Shown here one piece after another: positions 29,620-38,068 of a stretch of 47,976 nucleotides of DNA (the stretch's first letter is position 1; every line of letters begins with the position of its first letter). The notes beneath the pieces were generated by a model, which searched no databases, was not told the origin of the DNA, and saw nothing but the letters and a program-made list of their open reading frames with translations. The translations under genes were made by a program, and so were the position numbers. Source of the stretch: a virus (Duplodnaviria > Heunggongvirae > Uroviricota > Caudoviricetes); IMG/VR virus record IMGVR_UViG_3300037471_000830; one strand, written 5' to 3'.

Positions 29620-30348
29620 ATGGCTCGCAAACCCACCCGCCGACAAGCCGCCCTCGAATCCAAGAGGGCAGGGCGCTACGCGCCTGACGAGGACTTCACC
29701 GTGCCCGCCAAGGAGCGTCGCGAGACTGGTCCAGTCGAAGCCAAGACCGCCAACCAGAGCAAGTACCTCAAAGCGATCCGCAACAAGACCATCGTCTTCT
29801 CCATCGGCCCAGCCGGCACCGGCAAGAGCTATGTCGTGGCCGCTGAGGCTGCGGAACAGCTCAAGGCCGGCGAAGTCGAGCAGATCATCCTCACGCGCCC
29901 TGCGGTGGAGACCGGCCCCTCGATGGGCTTCCTGCCTGGCACCCTGGAGGAGAAGTACGCGCCCTTCCTGGACCCCTTCAAGGACACCCTCCAGCGCCGC
30001 CTGGGCAAGAGCGCCTACGACGCCCACCTGAAGAACGAAAAGATCGCGCCTCGGCCGCTGTCGCACATGCGTGGTGCCACGTTCAAGAATGCGGTGGCGA
30101 TCCTGGATGAAGCACAGAACATCACGCCGCACGAGATGCTGATGTTCCTCACGCGCATCGGCGAGGGCTCCACAGTGGTCATCAACGGCGACCTGGAGCA
30201 GCAGGACATCCCGGGCCTGTCGGGTCTGCGTGACGCCATCGAGCGCCTGGAGGGCCATCCCGACGTTGCTGTGATTGAGTTCACGGTGGACGATATTGTC
30301 CGTCACGGTCTTGTGAAAGACATATTGCTGGCTTATCGGCGCCGGTAA
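29620..30348 (+). CDS. phoH: PhoH-like ATPase
   Basis: SD AAGGA, ATG at 29620. GPAGTGKS, LTRPAV, MRGATF, LDEAQN, NGDLEQQD motifs. Confidence 0.92.
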   Translation: MARKPTRRQAALESKRAGRYAPDEDFTVPAKERRETGPVEAKTANQSKYLKAIRNKTIVFSIGPAGTGKSYVVAAEAAEQLKAGEVEQIILTRPAVETGPSMGFLPGTLEEKYAPFLDPFKDTLQRRLGKSAYDAHLKNEKIAPRPLSHMRGATFKNAVAILDEAQNITPHEMLMFLTRIGEGSTVVINGDLEQQDIPGLSGLRDAIERLEGHPDVAVIEFTVDDIVRHGLVKDILLAYRRR

Positions 30349-30421
30349 TTTCTGGCAGACGAGCCGGAAATAGACTTGGGGTCCACACCCCTCAGCGTAA
30401 AGATATATCTATAACTAAAGC

Positions 30422-31180
30422 ATGAAAGCTGAAAACATTACGCTGAGCGTAGGCGGTCCCCAAGTCACCCAAGCCGACCTGTTTGGCTCCTTCATAGGTG
30501 CGGATCGGGACTTCGACGCCTACGAAAGCGTCGCCTTCAAACTGATCCCCAAGAAGTTGCGGGAGAAAGAGGCGGCCCTGTTTGGCAGCAAGTGGTTCGA
30601 TTACCGTCAAATGCACGCGATCCAGGCTACATACCTGTTTGTGCATTTTTATAATGTCGCTTACGGGAGTTTTCTGGCGCAGACCAGCGACGTAAAGCTG
30701 CGCTACGCCAAAGCGATCAAGGGCGGCGACGTATTCCTTCAGAACGAGGGTAAGGGCCACCGCGACCGGCTCGCCTTCTGGCGGCTGCGCCAGCGTGCTG
30801 ACGAGTACGGTATCCGCTACGACTTCTTCGTCCGTGCCGCCTTCGCCTGCTTCGTCGAGGACGGCTGGGTCAACGCGCCGCGTCCGCAGCACGTGGACAA
30901 CGACGAGATCACCCTGCGCGTCCTGGATGCCTGGCACCGCGACTGCCGCGACCGCATCCAGTGGGCCAGGAACCCGTTCTTCACCGTCAAGGACTGGAGC
31001 GGCCATCCTGACCAGGCCGCCTACGAGAGCAGCATCGTCGAGGCGATCAAGCGCAAGCCGACGAAGCGGTTTGCCATCCATGGCGCCATCTACGAGCGCG
31101 ACGCGCTGCGCATCGAACGCGCCATTGTCGAGTTCAGCGAGGACGATGTTGCGGAAGCCATCGCCCTTGCCGAGAAATAG
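30422..31180 (+). CDS. Hypothetical phage protein (252 aa)
   Basis: Clean ORF with coding-like codon usage. No recognised motif. Confidence 0.7.
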   Translation: MKAENITLSVGGPQVTQADLFGSFIGADRDFDAYESVAFKLIPKKLREKEAALFGSKWFDYRQMHAIQATYLFVHFYNVAYGSFLAQTSDVKLRYAKAIKGGDVFLQNEGKGHRDRLAFWRLRQRADEYGIRYDFFVRAAFACFVEDGWVNAPRPQHVDNDEITLRVLDAWHRDCRDRIQWARNPFFTVKDWSGHPDQAAYESSIVEAIKRKPTKRFAIHGAIYERDALRIERAIVEFSEDDVAEAIALAEK

Positions 31181-31182
31181 TC

Positions 31183-31202
31183 AGTCAACACTGAGCTATA
31201 GT
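31183..31202 (+). promoter_or_regulatory. Motif copy (AGTCA-ACAC-TGAGC) directly followed by -10-like TATAGT
   Basis: Heads the hfq-like / helicase / primase unit. An 8-bp hairpin TGCGCTGA-GGTT-TCAGCGCA follows at 31211-31230. Confidence 0.75.
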
Positions 31203-31246
31203 GGTTGTCATGCGCTGAGGTTTCAGCGCACCACCGGAGAGTTTTC

Positions 31247-31651
31247 ATGTCCACCCACAACACCTACCCGTTCCCCCGTGCCCGCGTCAGCGAGGCCGTC
31301 ACCACCGAGCGCGACCGCCAGATCATCGAAGCCCGTCGCATGGAGGGCGGCGCCGCCGTGCGTCCGACCATTCGTCCCAAGACCTCCGCCAAGCCTGGAC
31401 CCAAGGGTCACGAGGCGCTGCTCAAGGGCCTGGAGGCCAGCGGGGCACAGGTCGAGGTGATGCTGCGGGACGTGGATGTGCCCAAGCGAGGCATCGTCAA
31501 GCGCAGTGACTCCTACACGATTTCGCTGGAGACCACGCTGCCCAATGGCAGCACGGTGACGGACGTGCTGTTCAAGCACGCCATGATCGGGTTCCGCGTC
31601 ACGACGCCGCGCCCGCTGAAGGAAGAAGGCACCGACGCGCTGGGGGCTTGA
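31247..31651 (+). CDS. Hfq / Sm-like RNA-binding protein with N-terminal extension
   Basis: GIVKRSDSYTISL aligns by eye with the Hfq Sm1 motif and VLFKHAM with Sm2 (MVYKHAI). SD GGAGA. Confidence 0.7.
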   Translation: MSTHNTYPFPRARVSEAVTTERDRQIIEARRMEGGAAVRPTIRPKTSAKPGPKGHEALLKGLEASGAQVEVMLRDVDVPKRGIVKRSDSYTISLETTLPNGSTVTDVLFKHAMIGFRVTTPRPLKEEGTDALGA

Positions 31652-31654
31652 TTC

Positions 31655-33019
31655 ATGTCGGAGGAAACCAAAGAGGCGCTGCCCTCTGCGGAGCCGGCTG
31701 AGGAGCCCGTCACTTTCGACTTCGACGCCGAGTTCCAGACCAAGGTCGCGGCGCTGGCGTTCCGCAGCGGCACGTTCATGCGTCAGGTCTCGCACCTGAT
31801 CAAGCCGGAGTATTTCGAGAACGCTGCGGAAGCCTGCCTGGTCAACGTGGCGCTCAAGCACTACGAGAAGTACCGCGAGGCGATTTCGGACCTGAAGCTC
31901 TGCAAGGGCGTCCTGGCCGAAGCGATTCGCACCAAGCTCATCCGAGCTGAGGAGAAGACGGAAGTCGTCGGCAAGGTCCGTGAACTGTTCGAGGCGGACA
32001 TTGCCTCGATGGGCTTCGTGGTGGATCAGGTCGCCAACTTTGCCCGCACGCAGGCTGTAGGCAACGCGATCCTGTCGGCGGTGGACCTGCTGAAGAAAGG
32101 CGACTACGAGAAGATCGAGCGCCTCATGAAGCAGGCCCTGGGCACCGGGGTGCGCAAGGAGGAGGCCGAGTACGACTTCTTCGCTGAAGCCGAGAAGCGC
32201 GCGGAAGCCCGCCTTGAGCTGGCTGCCGGCACGGTCGGCCCTCGCGGCATTACCACGGGCCAGCGCCAGATCGACGACACGCTCTATCACAAGGGTTGGG
32301 GTCGCAAGGAGCTGAGCCTGCTGCTGGGCGGCGCGAAGGCGGGCAAGACCACGGCACTGATCAACTTCGGCCTGGCTGCGGCGCAGGTTGGCTACAACGT
32401 GTGCTACTTCACGCTGGAAGTCGGCCACACCATCATCAGCGACCGAAGCGACGCCTCCATCAGCGGCACGCCGATGAAGTCAATCATGTCCAACATTCAT
32501 GCCATCAAGGATTCGATCCTGGGCATGAGGACGGGCGTGGGCAAGTTCATCATCCAGGAGTTCCCCACGGGCACGATGCGTCCTGCCGACGTGGAAGCGT
32601 TCCTGGAGCGGTGGGAGTCCACCAAGGGCGTCAAGTTCGACTTGGTGATCGTGGACTACGCGGACCTGATGGCGCCGAACTTCCGCTACAACGAGCCGAT
32701 CGAGAACTCCAAGAGCGTCTATACGGACCTGCGTGCCTGCGCACACAAGTTCGATGTGGCGGTCTTGACCGCGACGCAGACCAACCGCGAGGGCTTCAAG
32801 TCAACGGTGGCGAAGGCCGAGCACGTTGCGGAGGACTTCAACAAGATTCGGATCGCCGACATCGTGATTTCCATATCAGTCACTGATGAGGAACGAGCGT
32901 TGGGCGAGGCGCGTCTGTACTTCGCGGCCAGCCGCAACACCGAGGGCGGCTTCTGCCTGCGCATCAAGCAGGACATCGCCCGAATGCGGTTCATCGAGAA
33001 AGTCCTGGGGAGAGAGTGA
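31655..33019 (+). CDS. DnaB-like replicative helicase
   Basis: Walker A GGAKAGKT, FTLEV, VIVDYAD, TATQTNREG motifs. Confidence 0.92.
   Translation: MSEETKEALPSAEPAEEPVTFDFDAEFQTKVAALAFRSGTFMRQVSHLIKPEYFENAAEACLVNVALKHYEKYREAISDLKLCKGVLAEAIRTKLIRAEEKTEVVGKVRELFEADIASMGFVVDQVANFARTQAVGNAILSAVDLLKKGDYEKIERLMKQALGTGVRKEEAEYDFFAEAEKRAEARLELAAGTVGPRGITTGQRQIDDTLYHKGWGRKELSLLLGGAKAGKTTALINFGLAAAQVGYNVCYFTLEVGHTIISDRSDASISGTPMKSIMSNIHAIKDSILGMRTGVGKFIIQEFPTGTMRPADVEAFLERWESTKGVKFDLVIVDYADLMAPNFRYNEPIENSKSVYTDLRACAHKFDVAVLTATQTNREGFKSTVAKAEHVAEDFNKIRIADIVISISVTDEERALGEARLYFAASRNTEGGFCLRIKQDIARMRFIEKVLGRE
32878..32891. promoter_or_regulatory. Intragenic motif copy (AGTCA-CTGA-TGAGG) in the helicase 3' end
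   Basis: Encoded with codons ATA TCA GTC ACT GAT, which are unusual for this GC-rich gene. Confidence 0.6.
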
Positions 33020-33114
33020 TGCTGACAAGGTTCTTTGGTTTGGCGACCTGCGTCGCCTACGACGCCCCGTGGTGGGTGTTCGTGATCGGCTTTCTCTGCC
33101 TGCTGATGGATTGA
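33019..33114 (+). CDS. 31-aa hydrophobic peptide MLTRFFGLATCVAYDAPWWVFVIGFLCLLMD
   Basis: TGATG coupling to the helicase; stop 3 nt before the primase ATG. Below the ORF-track cutoff. Confidence 0.65.
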   Translation: MLTRFFGLATCVAYDAPWWVFVIGFLCLLMD

Positions 33115-33117
33115 GCC

Positions 33118-34203
33118 ATGTCCAACCGCAACGACGACTTGAAAGAGGCGCTGGAGCGGCTGGACTTGCAAGCCTGGCTGGACCGCGAGGGTGTGGACTA
33201 CCGCACCACGCGCGGCTCCAGGGGCGTGCAACTCAACGTCCGAGAGTGCCCCTGCTGTGGCGGCAACACCTGGAAGGTGTACCTGGGCGCGGAGAGTGGC
33301 CTGGGCAACTGCTTCTCAGGCAGTTGCCAAGTCAAGTTCAACCGCTGGAGCTTCATCCGGCACACCCTGGGCCACCTATCCACCAAGGAGGTCATCGAGC
33401 ACATCAAGGACTTCGCGAAGGAGCTGGGCTGGCGTCCGGTGCGTCGCGAGAGCCTGGCCGTTAACCTGGACACGGAACTCAAGCTTCCCAAGTCCTATGA
33501 ACTGCCCATCGGCGGCAAGAACCTGAAGTACCTCATCAACCGTGGCATCGGCGCGGACATGGCGGGCTACTTCCGGCTGCGCTTTTGCAAGGAGGGCTTC
33601 TTCGCCTACGAGCACGAAGGCAAGCGCCTCAAGCAGTTCTACAACAACCGCATCCTCATCCCGATCTTCGACCTGGAGGGCGACTTGGTGTCCTTCCAGG
33701 GCCGGGACATCACCGGCGACGCGGACAAGAAGTACCTGTTCCCGCCTGGCTTCGCCTCGACGGGCAAGTACCTCTACAACGGCCACAACGCCTGGGGTGC
33801 GGAGCACATCGCGATCGGCGAGGGCGCCTTCGACGTGTACGGACTCAAGCTGGCCCTGGATTCGCAGCCCGACACGCGCGCCGTGGTGCCCGTGGGCAGC
33901 TTCGGCAAGCACCTGTCGCATGGCGACGATGAGTCTCAATTGGGGCAGCTCCTGAAGCTCAAGGAGCGCGGGCTGCGCATCGCCACATTCATGTGGGACG
34001 GCGAGCGCCAAGCGTTCGAGGATGCCATCGAGGCTGCCTTGATCGTGCGCAAGCACGGGATCACCGCCAGGGTCGCCACGCTGCCCCAGGGCAAAGACCC
34101 CAACGAGGCGACGCAGGAGGAAGTGCTGCGGTCCTTCTGGACGGCGACCTCCATCGACACCGCCACCGCCGTGAAGCTCAAGATGGGTCGGCAATACCTC
34201 TAG
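33118..34203 (+). CDS. DNA primase (Zn-binding domain + TOPRIM)
   Basis: CPCC...CFSGSC Zn cluster, GEGAFD, WDGE, KDPNE motifs. Confidence 0.9.
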   Translation: MSNRNDDLKEALERLDLQAWLDREGVDYRTTRGSRGVQLNVRECPCCGGNTWKVYLGAESGLGNCFSGSCQVKFNRWSFIRHTLGHLSTKEVIEHIKDFAKELGWRPVRRESLAVNLDTELKLPKSYELPIGGKNLKYLINRGIGADMAGYFRLRFCKEGFFAYEHEGKRLKQFYNNRILIPIFDLEGDLVSFQGRDITGDADKKYLFPPGFASTGKYLYNGHNAWGAEHIAIGEGAFDVYGLKLALDSQPDTRAVVPVGSFGKHLSHGDDESQLGQLLKLKERGLRIATFMWDGERQAFEDAIEAALIVRKHGITARVATLPQGKDPNEATQEEVLRSFWTATSIDTATAVKLKMGRQYL

Positions 34204-34207
34204 GCTC

Positions 34208-34221
34208 ATTCACAAGTGACT
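34208..34221. promoter_or_regulatory. Dispersed motif copy (ATTCA-CAAG-TGACT)
   Basis: 4 nt after the primase stop. Confidence 0.7.
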
Positions 34222-34284
34222 GCTTCTCCTGGGCGCAGTCACTACAGTCAAGTTGATCGCGCAGCGTTGCGCAAGGAGAGAACC

Positions 34285-34782
34285 ATGAAAGCAGGCATGT
34301 GGAGTGCGCTGCACACCAGCGGCACCAAGTTCTACGAAATCGTAGTCCTGCCGGCCACAGCAGACCCGGATGGCGAAACCCTGGAGATTCGGCGCTGGGG
34401 CAAGGCGGAATACCAGCACAAGAGCGGCGGCCAGATCGAGGTCCACAAATGGCCGAGCTGGGCGCAGGCCGCGACTTCCTACAGCACCTACCTTCGCAAG
34501 AAGTCCAAGGGCGGCTACAGCACGGACGATGCAGTGGAGATGCGGAAGTTCACGGACGACATGCTGTCGCTGCCGGCGATGTCTGCGACCGAGGCGCTCG
34601 TGCGCGCCAAGCCGGTTGCCAGCAAGTACAACACTGCCCACCGCGCCAAGATCACGGACGCGGTTCTCGATGTGGCGGTCGGCGATCTGCCCTCCAAGAT
34701 CGACATCGAGGACGACGGCACGGTCGTGGAAGTCGAGAAGACGCCGGAGCCTGACCGTGGCGAATCCTGGGGAAGTTGGTGA
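34285..34782 (+). CDS. WGR-domain protein ending in WGSW
   Basis: SD AAGGAG. KFYEI...RRWGK...GQ...A...KKSKGGY fits the WGR consensus. Confidence 0.7.
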   Translation: MKAGMWSALHTSGTKFYEIVVLPATADPDGETLEIRRWGKAEYQHKSGGQIEVHKWPSWAQAATSYSTYLRKKSKGGYSTDDAVEMRKFTDDMLSLPAMSATEALVRAKPVASKYNTAHRAKITDAVLDVAVGDLPSKIDIEDDGTVVEVEKTPEPDRGESWGSW

Positions 34783-35261
34783 TGAGCCCGAAGGAAATGA
34801 CGGACCTGATGGGCGAACTGGATCGCCTGCTGGACAGCGAGCCGACCACGCCCAGCGAACGAGCGGCCGCAAAGGCGGTTGTGGGCAGCCTCTTGACGGA
34901 GCCAGAGCCGCGCTACTTTGGCGGCAGTCCGATCAGCGGCGTCATCGACGCCAGCACGCTTGTTGGCGGGCTGACCGCGACAAAGATCGAAGCTGGCGTC
35001 ATCCGGCCTAGCTACGACAGCGCCTACAGCCGTGCCAAGTCCGAGGGCGCCGAAGCCCTCCTGGAAGCCATGTCGCCCGCCGTGCGCCGCCTGGTTCGTC
35101 AGGACGCTGGGTTTCGCCTCGCGTCGGTCCTGCAAGGTCTCCAGCAGCAGAAGCACGCAAAGCTCGTCGGCTGCGCTAAACTTCAGTCAGTGCTGAGTCA
35201 AATCAGCACACAGAAGCAATCAGTCGCCGATCCATACGACGGTGATTTCGGATCGTGGTGA
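34782..35261 (+). CDS. Hypothetical protein ending in FGSW
   Basis: TGATG coupling to the upstream gene. C-terminus DPYDGDFGSW. Confidence 0.7.
   Translation: MSPKEMTDLMGELDRLLDSEPTTPSERAAAKAVVGSLLTEPEPRYFGGSPISGVIDASTLVGGLTATKIEAGVIRPSYDSAYSRAKSEGAEALLEAMSPAVRRLVRQDAGFRLASVLQGLQQQKHAKLVGCAKLQSVLSQISTQKQSVADPYDGDFGSW
35185..35198. promoter_or_regulatory. Intragenic motif copy (AGTCA-GTGC-TGAGT)
   Basis: About 90 nt upstream of the next start codon. Confidence 0.7.
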
Positions 35262-35284
35262 TCCAGCAAAAGGAGCCAGCTCAA

Positions 35285-35875
35285 ATGGAAGTCATTGCTG
35301 ACTATCCGGCCGCTGCAAGTGCAAGCGGCAAGAACGCCTACTACCTGGGCAACTGCGAGTGCGTCGGGCATCGACCGTCCTACGCCGCGTGCCTCAACAA
35401 GATCGAACTGCGCAAGGCGGGCCGGCTGTCGTCCTCGCTGGCCGAGTGCAGCGCGGCCATCAACCGCCGCGAGTGCCCTGCGCAGCGCCTGCGTGATGAG
35501 GAGCTGTCGGCCGGCAAGGCGATTTACTTCATCGACCGCGCGGTCCTGACCGCTTCCAACGACGAGCGCACGGCTCTGGAGAGCGACCGCATCACGCGCC
35601 TGATGGCTGGTGAGCGTCCCGAGCCGGCGCGTCGTCCGGCTCGCAAGACCACCGAAGCCGCTCCCGCAGCGCCTGCCATGCCCACCTACGCGGATGCGAT
35701 CAACGCCGCGCTCAAGGAGGCCCGCAGCGCACCCACGGCGGCCCCGAAACCCATTCCAAAGCCCGCGCCCGCCCCGGCGTCGGCACCTGTCATGAAGCTC
35801 GCCGTGCTGCCCATGCTGCCTGGCGAGTCGATGGCCGATTACGCGCGCCGCGTGATGGCTGCCCGCGCATCCTGA
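35285..35875 (+). CDS. Hypothetical protein with N-terminal Cys cluster and Pro/Ala-rich tail
   Basis: SD AAGGAG, ATG at 35285. CxC...C...C...C residues. Confidence 0.7.
   Translation: MEVIADYPAAASASGKNAYYLGNCECVGHRPSYAACLNKIELRKAGRLSSSLAECSAAINRRECPAQRLRDEELSAGKAIYFIDRAVLTASNDERTALESDRITRLMAGERPEPARRPARKTTEAAPAAPAMPTYADAINAALKEARSAPTAAPKPIPKPAPAPASAPVMKLAVLPMLPGESMADYARRVMAARAS
35290..35303. promoter_or_regulatory. Perfect motif copy AGTCA-TTGC-TGACT over codons 2-7
   Basis: ATG GAA GTC ATT GCT GAC TAT. Confidence 0.8.
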
Positions 35876-35884
35876 GAGGACTCC

Positions 35885-37321
35885 ATGAACAACAGCAAAG
35901 AAATCTTCCACTACATCGAAACGATCGCCACCACGTCGTCCAAGACCGGCAAGGAGGCGCTGGTCAAGGCCGGTGTGGAAAACAGCCCCGAGTTCCTGCG
36001 CGTGTGCGAGTACGCCTACGACCCGTTCAAGGTGTTCGGCGTCGGACGCAAGACCATCGAGGAGGCGGCAACGGTCGCGGAGGCGAGGTATCTGCACACC
36101 GGGCCAATGCGCGACTTCACGCCGGACACGTGGATGTTGCTGGACCAGCTTGCCAAGCGCGAAATCTCCGGCGACGTGGTGATCAACCGCCTGGCCTACG
36201 AGTTCGGTCATCTCAACGCTGAATCCGTCCAGTTGCTGTCGCGCATCCTGCTCAAAGACCTGCGCGCGGGCTTCTCGGAGAGCACGCTGAACAAGGCGCA
36301 GCCCGGGTTGATCCAGGACTTCCCCTACATGCGCTGCTCGCTGCCGGCCAAGAGCAACATGCCCAAGTGGAAGTGGGAGGAGGGCGTCTTCAGCCAGGAG
36401 AAGGCTGACGGCATGTTCTCTAACTGCGACCACGACCACGCCGGCGTGGTGAGCTTCCGCACGCGCCAGGGCACGCCGTTCCCGATGGGCGTGATGCCCG
36501 AGCTGGAGGCGTGCGTGAGTCGCCTGATCGTGCGTGGCTCGCAGACGCACGGCGAACTGCTGGTGTATCGCAAAGACTCGCTGAGGATCGAAGGACACAC
36601 CTACGGCTACACGCCAGTGCTGCTGCCCCGAGAGGAGGGCAACGGCATCCTGAACTCGCTGCTCAAGGGCGGCACCCTGCCGGACGACCACTTCGTCGTG
36701 TTCCAGGTGTGGGACCAGATCGCCATCGAGGCTGTCAAGACCAAGGGCAAATTCCCCGTCACCTACGCCAAGCGATTCCGCTCGCTGTTGGAGCAAGTGC
36801 GCCGGCGCAACGCGGGCGAAATCGACCGCATCCACATCACGCCCACCAAGATCGTGCGCTCCAAAGCGGAGGCGATGGCGCATTACCGCGAGCTCCTGAA
36901 GGCCGGCAAGGAGGGCACGATCCTGAAGTCGCCCGACGCCATTTGGGAGGACAAGACCAGCAAGGACCAAGTGAAGCTCAAGCTGGAGGTTCCGGTGGAG
37001 CTCAAGGTCGTGGGCTTCAACGAAGGCACCGGCAAGTACCAGGGCACCTTGGGCTCGCTGCTGTGCCAGAGCGCCTGCGGCGTGCTGGAGGTCAACGTCA
37101 ACGGCCGCACCGACACCATGCGCGACGAGTGGTGGAGTGCGCGCGAGATGCGCCGGGGCTCCATCGTCACCGTCAAGGCCAACGGCATCATCGAATCCGA
37201 GAGTAAGCCGGGCATGAAATCCCTGTTCCTGCCGGTATTCGTGGAGGAGCGCACGGACAAGATGGTCGCGGACACCCTGGAGCAAATCCAGGAACAGTTC
37301 GAGGCGGCAGTGGAGGGCTGA
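35885..37321 (+). CDS. ATP-dependent DNA ligase
   Basis: KxDG motif EKADG, EGTILK, and an OB-fold part with GTGKYQGTLGSL...SLFLPVF. Confidence 0.9.
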   Translation: MNNSKEIFHYIETIATTSSKTGKEALVKAGVENSPEFLRVCEYAYDPFKVFGVGRKTIEEAATVAEARYLHTGPMRDFTPDTWMLLDQLAKREISGDVVINRLAYEFGHLNAESVQLLSRILLKDLRAGFSESTLNKAQPGLIQDFPYMRCSLPAKSNMPKWKWEEGVFSQEKADGMFSNCDHDHAGVVSFRTRQGTPFPMGVMPELEACVSRLIVRGSQTHGELLVYRKDSLRIEGHTYGYTPVLLPREEGNGILNSLLKGGTLPDDHFVVFQVWDQIAIEAVKTKGKFPVTYAKRFRSLLEQVRRRNAGEIDRIHITPTKIVRSKAEAMAHYRELLKAGKEGTILKSPDAIWEDKTSKDQVKLKLEVPVELKVVGFNEGTGKYQGTLGSLLCQSACGVLEVNVNGRTDTMRDEWWSAREMRRGSIVTVKANGIIESESKPGMKSLFLPVFVEERTDKMVADTLEQIQEQFEAAVEG

Positions 37322-37322
37322 C

Positions 37323-37595
37323 ATGAAACCCAGCGCCAAAAACTCGGGCGTGATTTACACCGGGCGAGTGGGTGCCAAGCTCAAGCCGCCCTCTGCAAAA
37401 CCGAAGCAGGGCACCGCCACGAAGGGGCACCCCGTAGAACTCAAGGGCGGGCCGCTGGCGGGTGAATTTGTCACGCTGACGCACGGTTCGCATACCTTGG
37501 ACTTGGCCCCGATGAAAGGTTGGGGCGCAGGGCGTTATGTGGGGCGCGAATGGGTTACGGCCGAGAGTCAGTCACCACTGAAGGAGGCCGCATGA
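37323..37595 (+). CDS. Hypothetical protein
   Basis: Coupled ORF containing ELKGGPLAG. Confidence 0.6.
   Translation: MKPSAKNSGVIYTGRVGAKLKPPSAKPKQGTATKGHPVELKGGPLAGEFVTLTHGSHTLDLAPMKGWGAGRYVGREWVTAESQSPLKEAA
37570..37583. promoter_or_regulatory. Motif copy (AGTCA-CCAC-TGAAG) abutting the SD of the next gene
   Basis: Directly followed by GAGG and the ATG at 37592. Confidence 0.65.
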
Positions 37596-37900
37596 TTCGA
37601 GGAACATCCTTCGCTGCTGAGCGCGCCATCAAGCCAAAAGCCAGGCAGCTTCGCGCCAAGGTGTTCCTGTTCATTCTCAGCCGTGGTGCTCTTGGTGCCA
37701 CGCTGGAGGAAATAGAACAGGGCCTGAAGCTCCCGGGAAATACCGTGCGCCCGCGCCGTGTCGAGTTGGAGGAAAAGGGTTTCGTCAAAGGCAGTGGCAA
37801 AACACGCCCCACCGCCAGCGGGCGCAGTGCAATTGTCTGGATCGTGCCCGAGGAAGTTGCCTCGAAGGCCCGCATGAAGCTCGCGAGCAAGGGCGCATGA
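37592..37900 (+). CDS. Winged helix-turn-helix protein
   Basis: GATLEEIEQGLKLPGNTVRPRRVELEEKGFV...TASGRSAIVW. Confidence 0.75.
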   Translation: MIRGTSFAAERAIKPKARQLRAKVFLFILSRGALGATLEEIEQGLKLPGNTVRPRRVELEEKGFVKGSGKTRPTASGRSAIVWIVPEEVASKARMKLASKGA

Positions 37901-38055
37901 CGGGGCTCATTTACTGGACCCTGCTGGCCGCTTGGTTGACGCACATCGTCGCCAGCGCCAGCGCGGGCCACATTTTCACCATGTTGCTGGGCGCCTTGAT
38001 ATTCCCGGGTGGAATTATCCACGGGGTATGTCTTTGGCTCAGCGTTTTCTCTTGA
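37897..38055 (+). CDS. 52-aa membrane protein
   Basis: MTGLIYWTLLAAWLTHIV...LGALIFPGGIIHGVCLWLSVFS, with an ATGA overlap. Missed by the ORF track. Confidence 0.7.
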   Translation: MTGLIYWTLLAAWLTHIVASASAGHIFTMLLGALIFPGGIIHGVCLWLSVFS

Positions 38056-38068
38056 ATTGGAAATTGAA

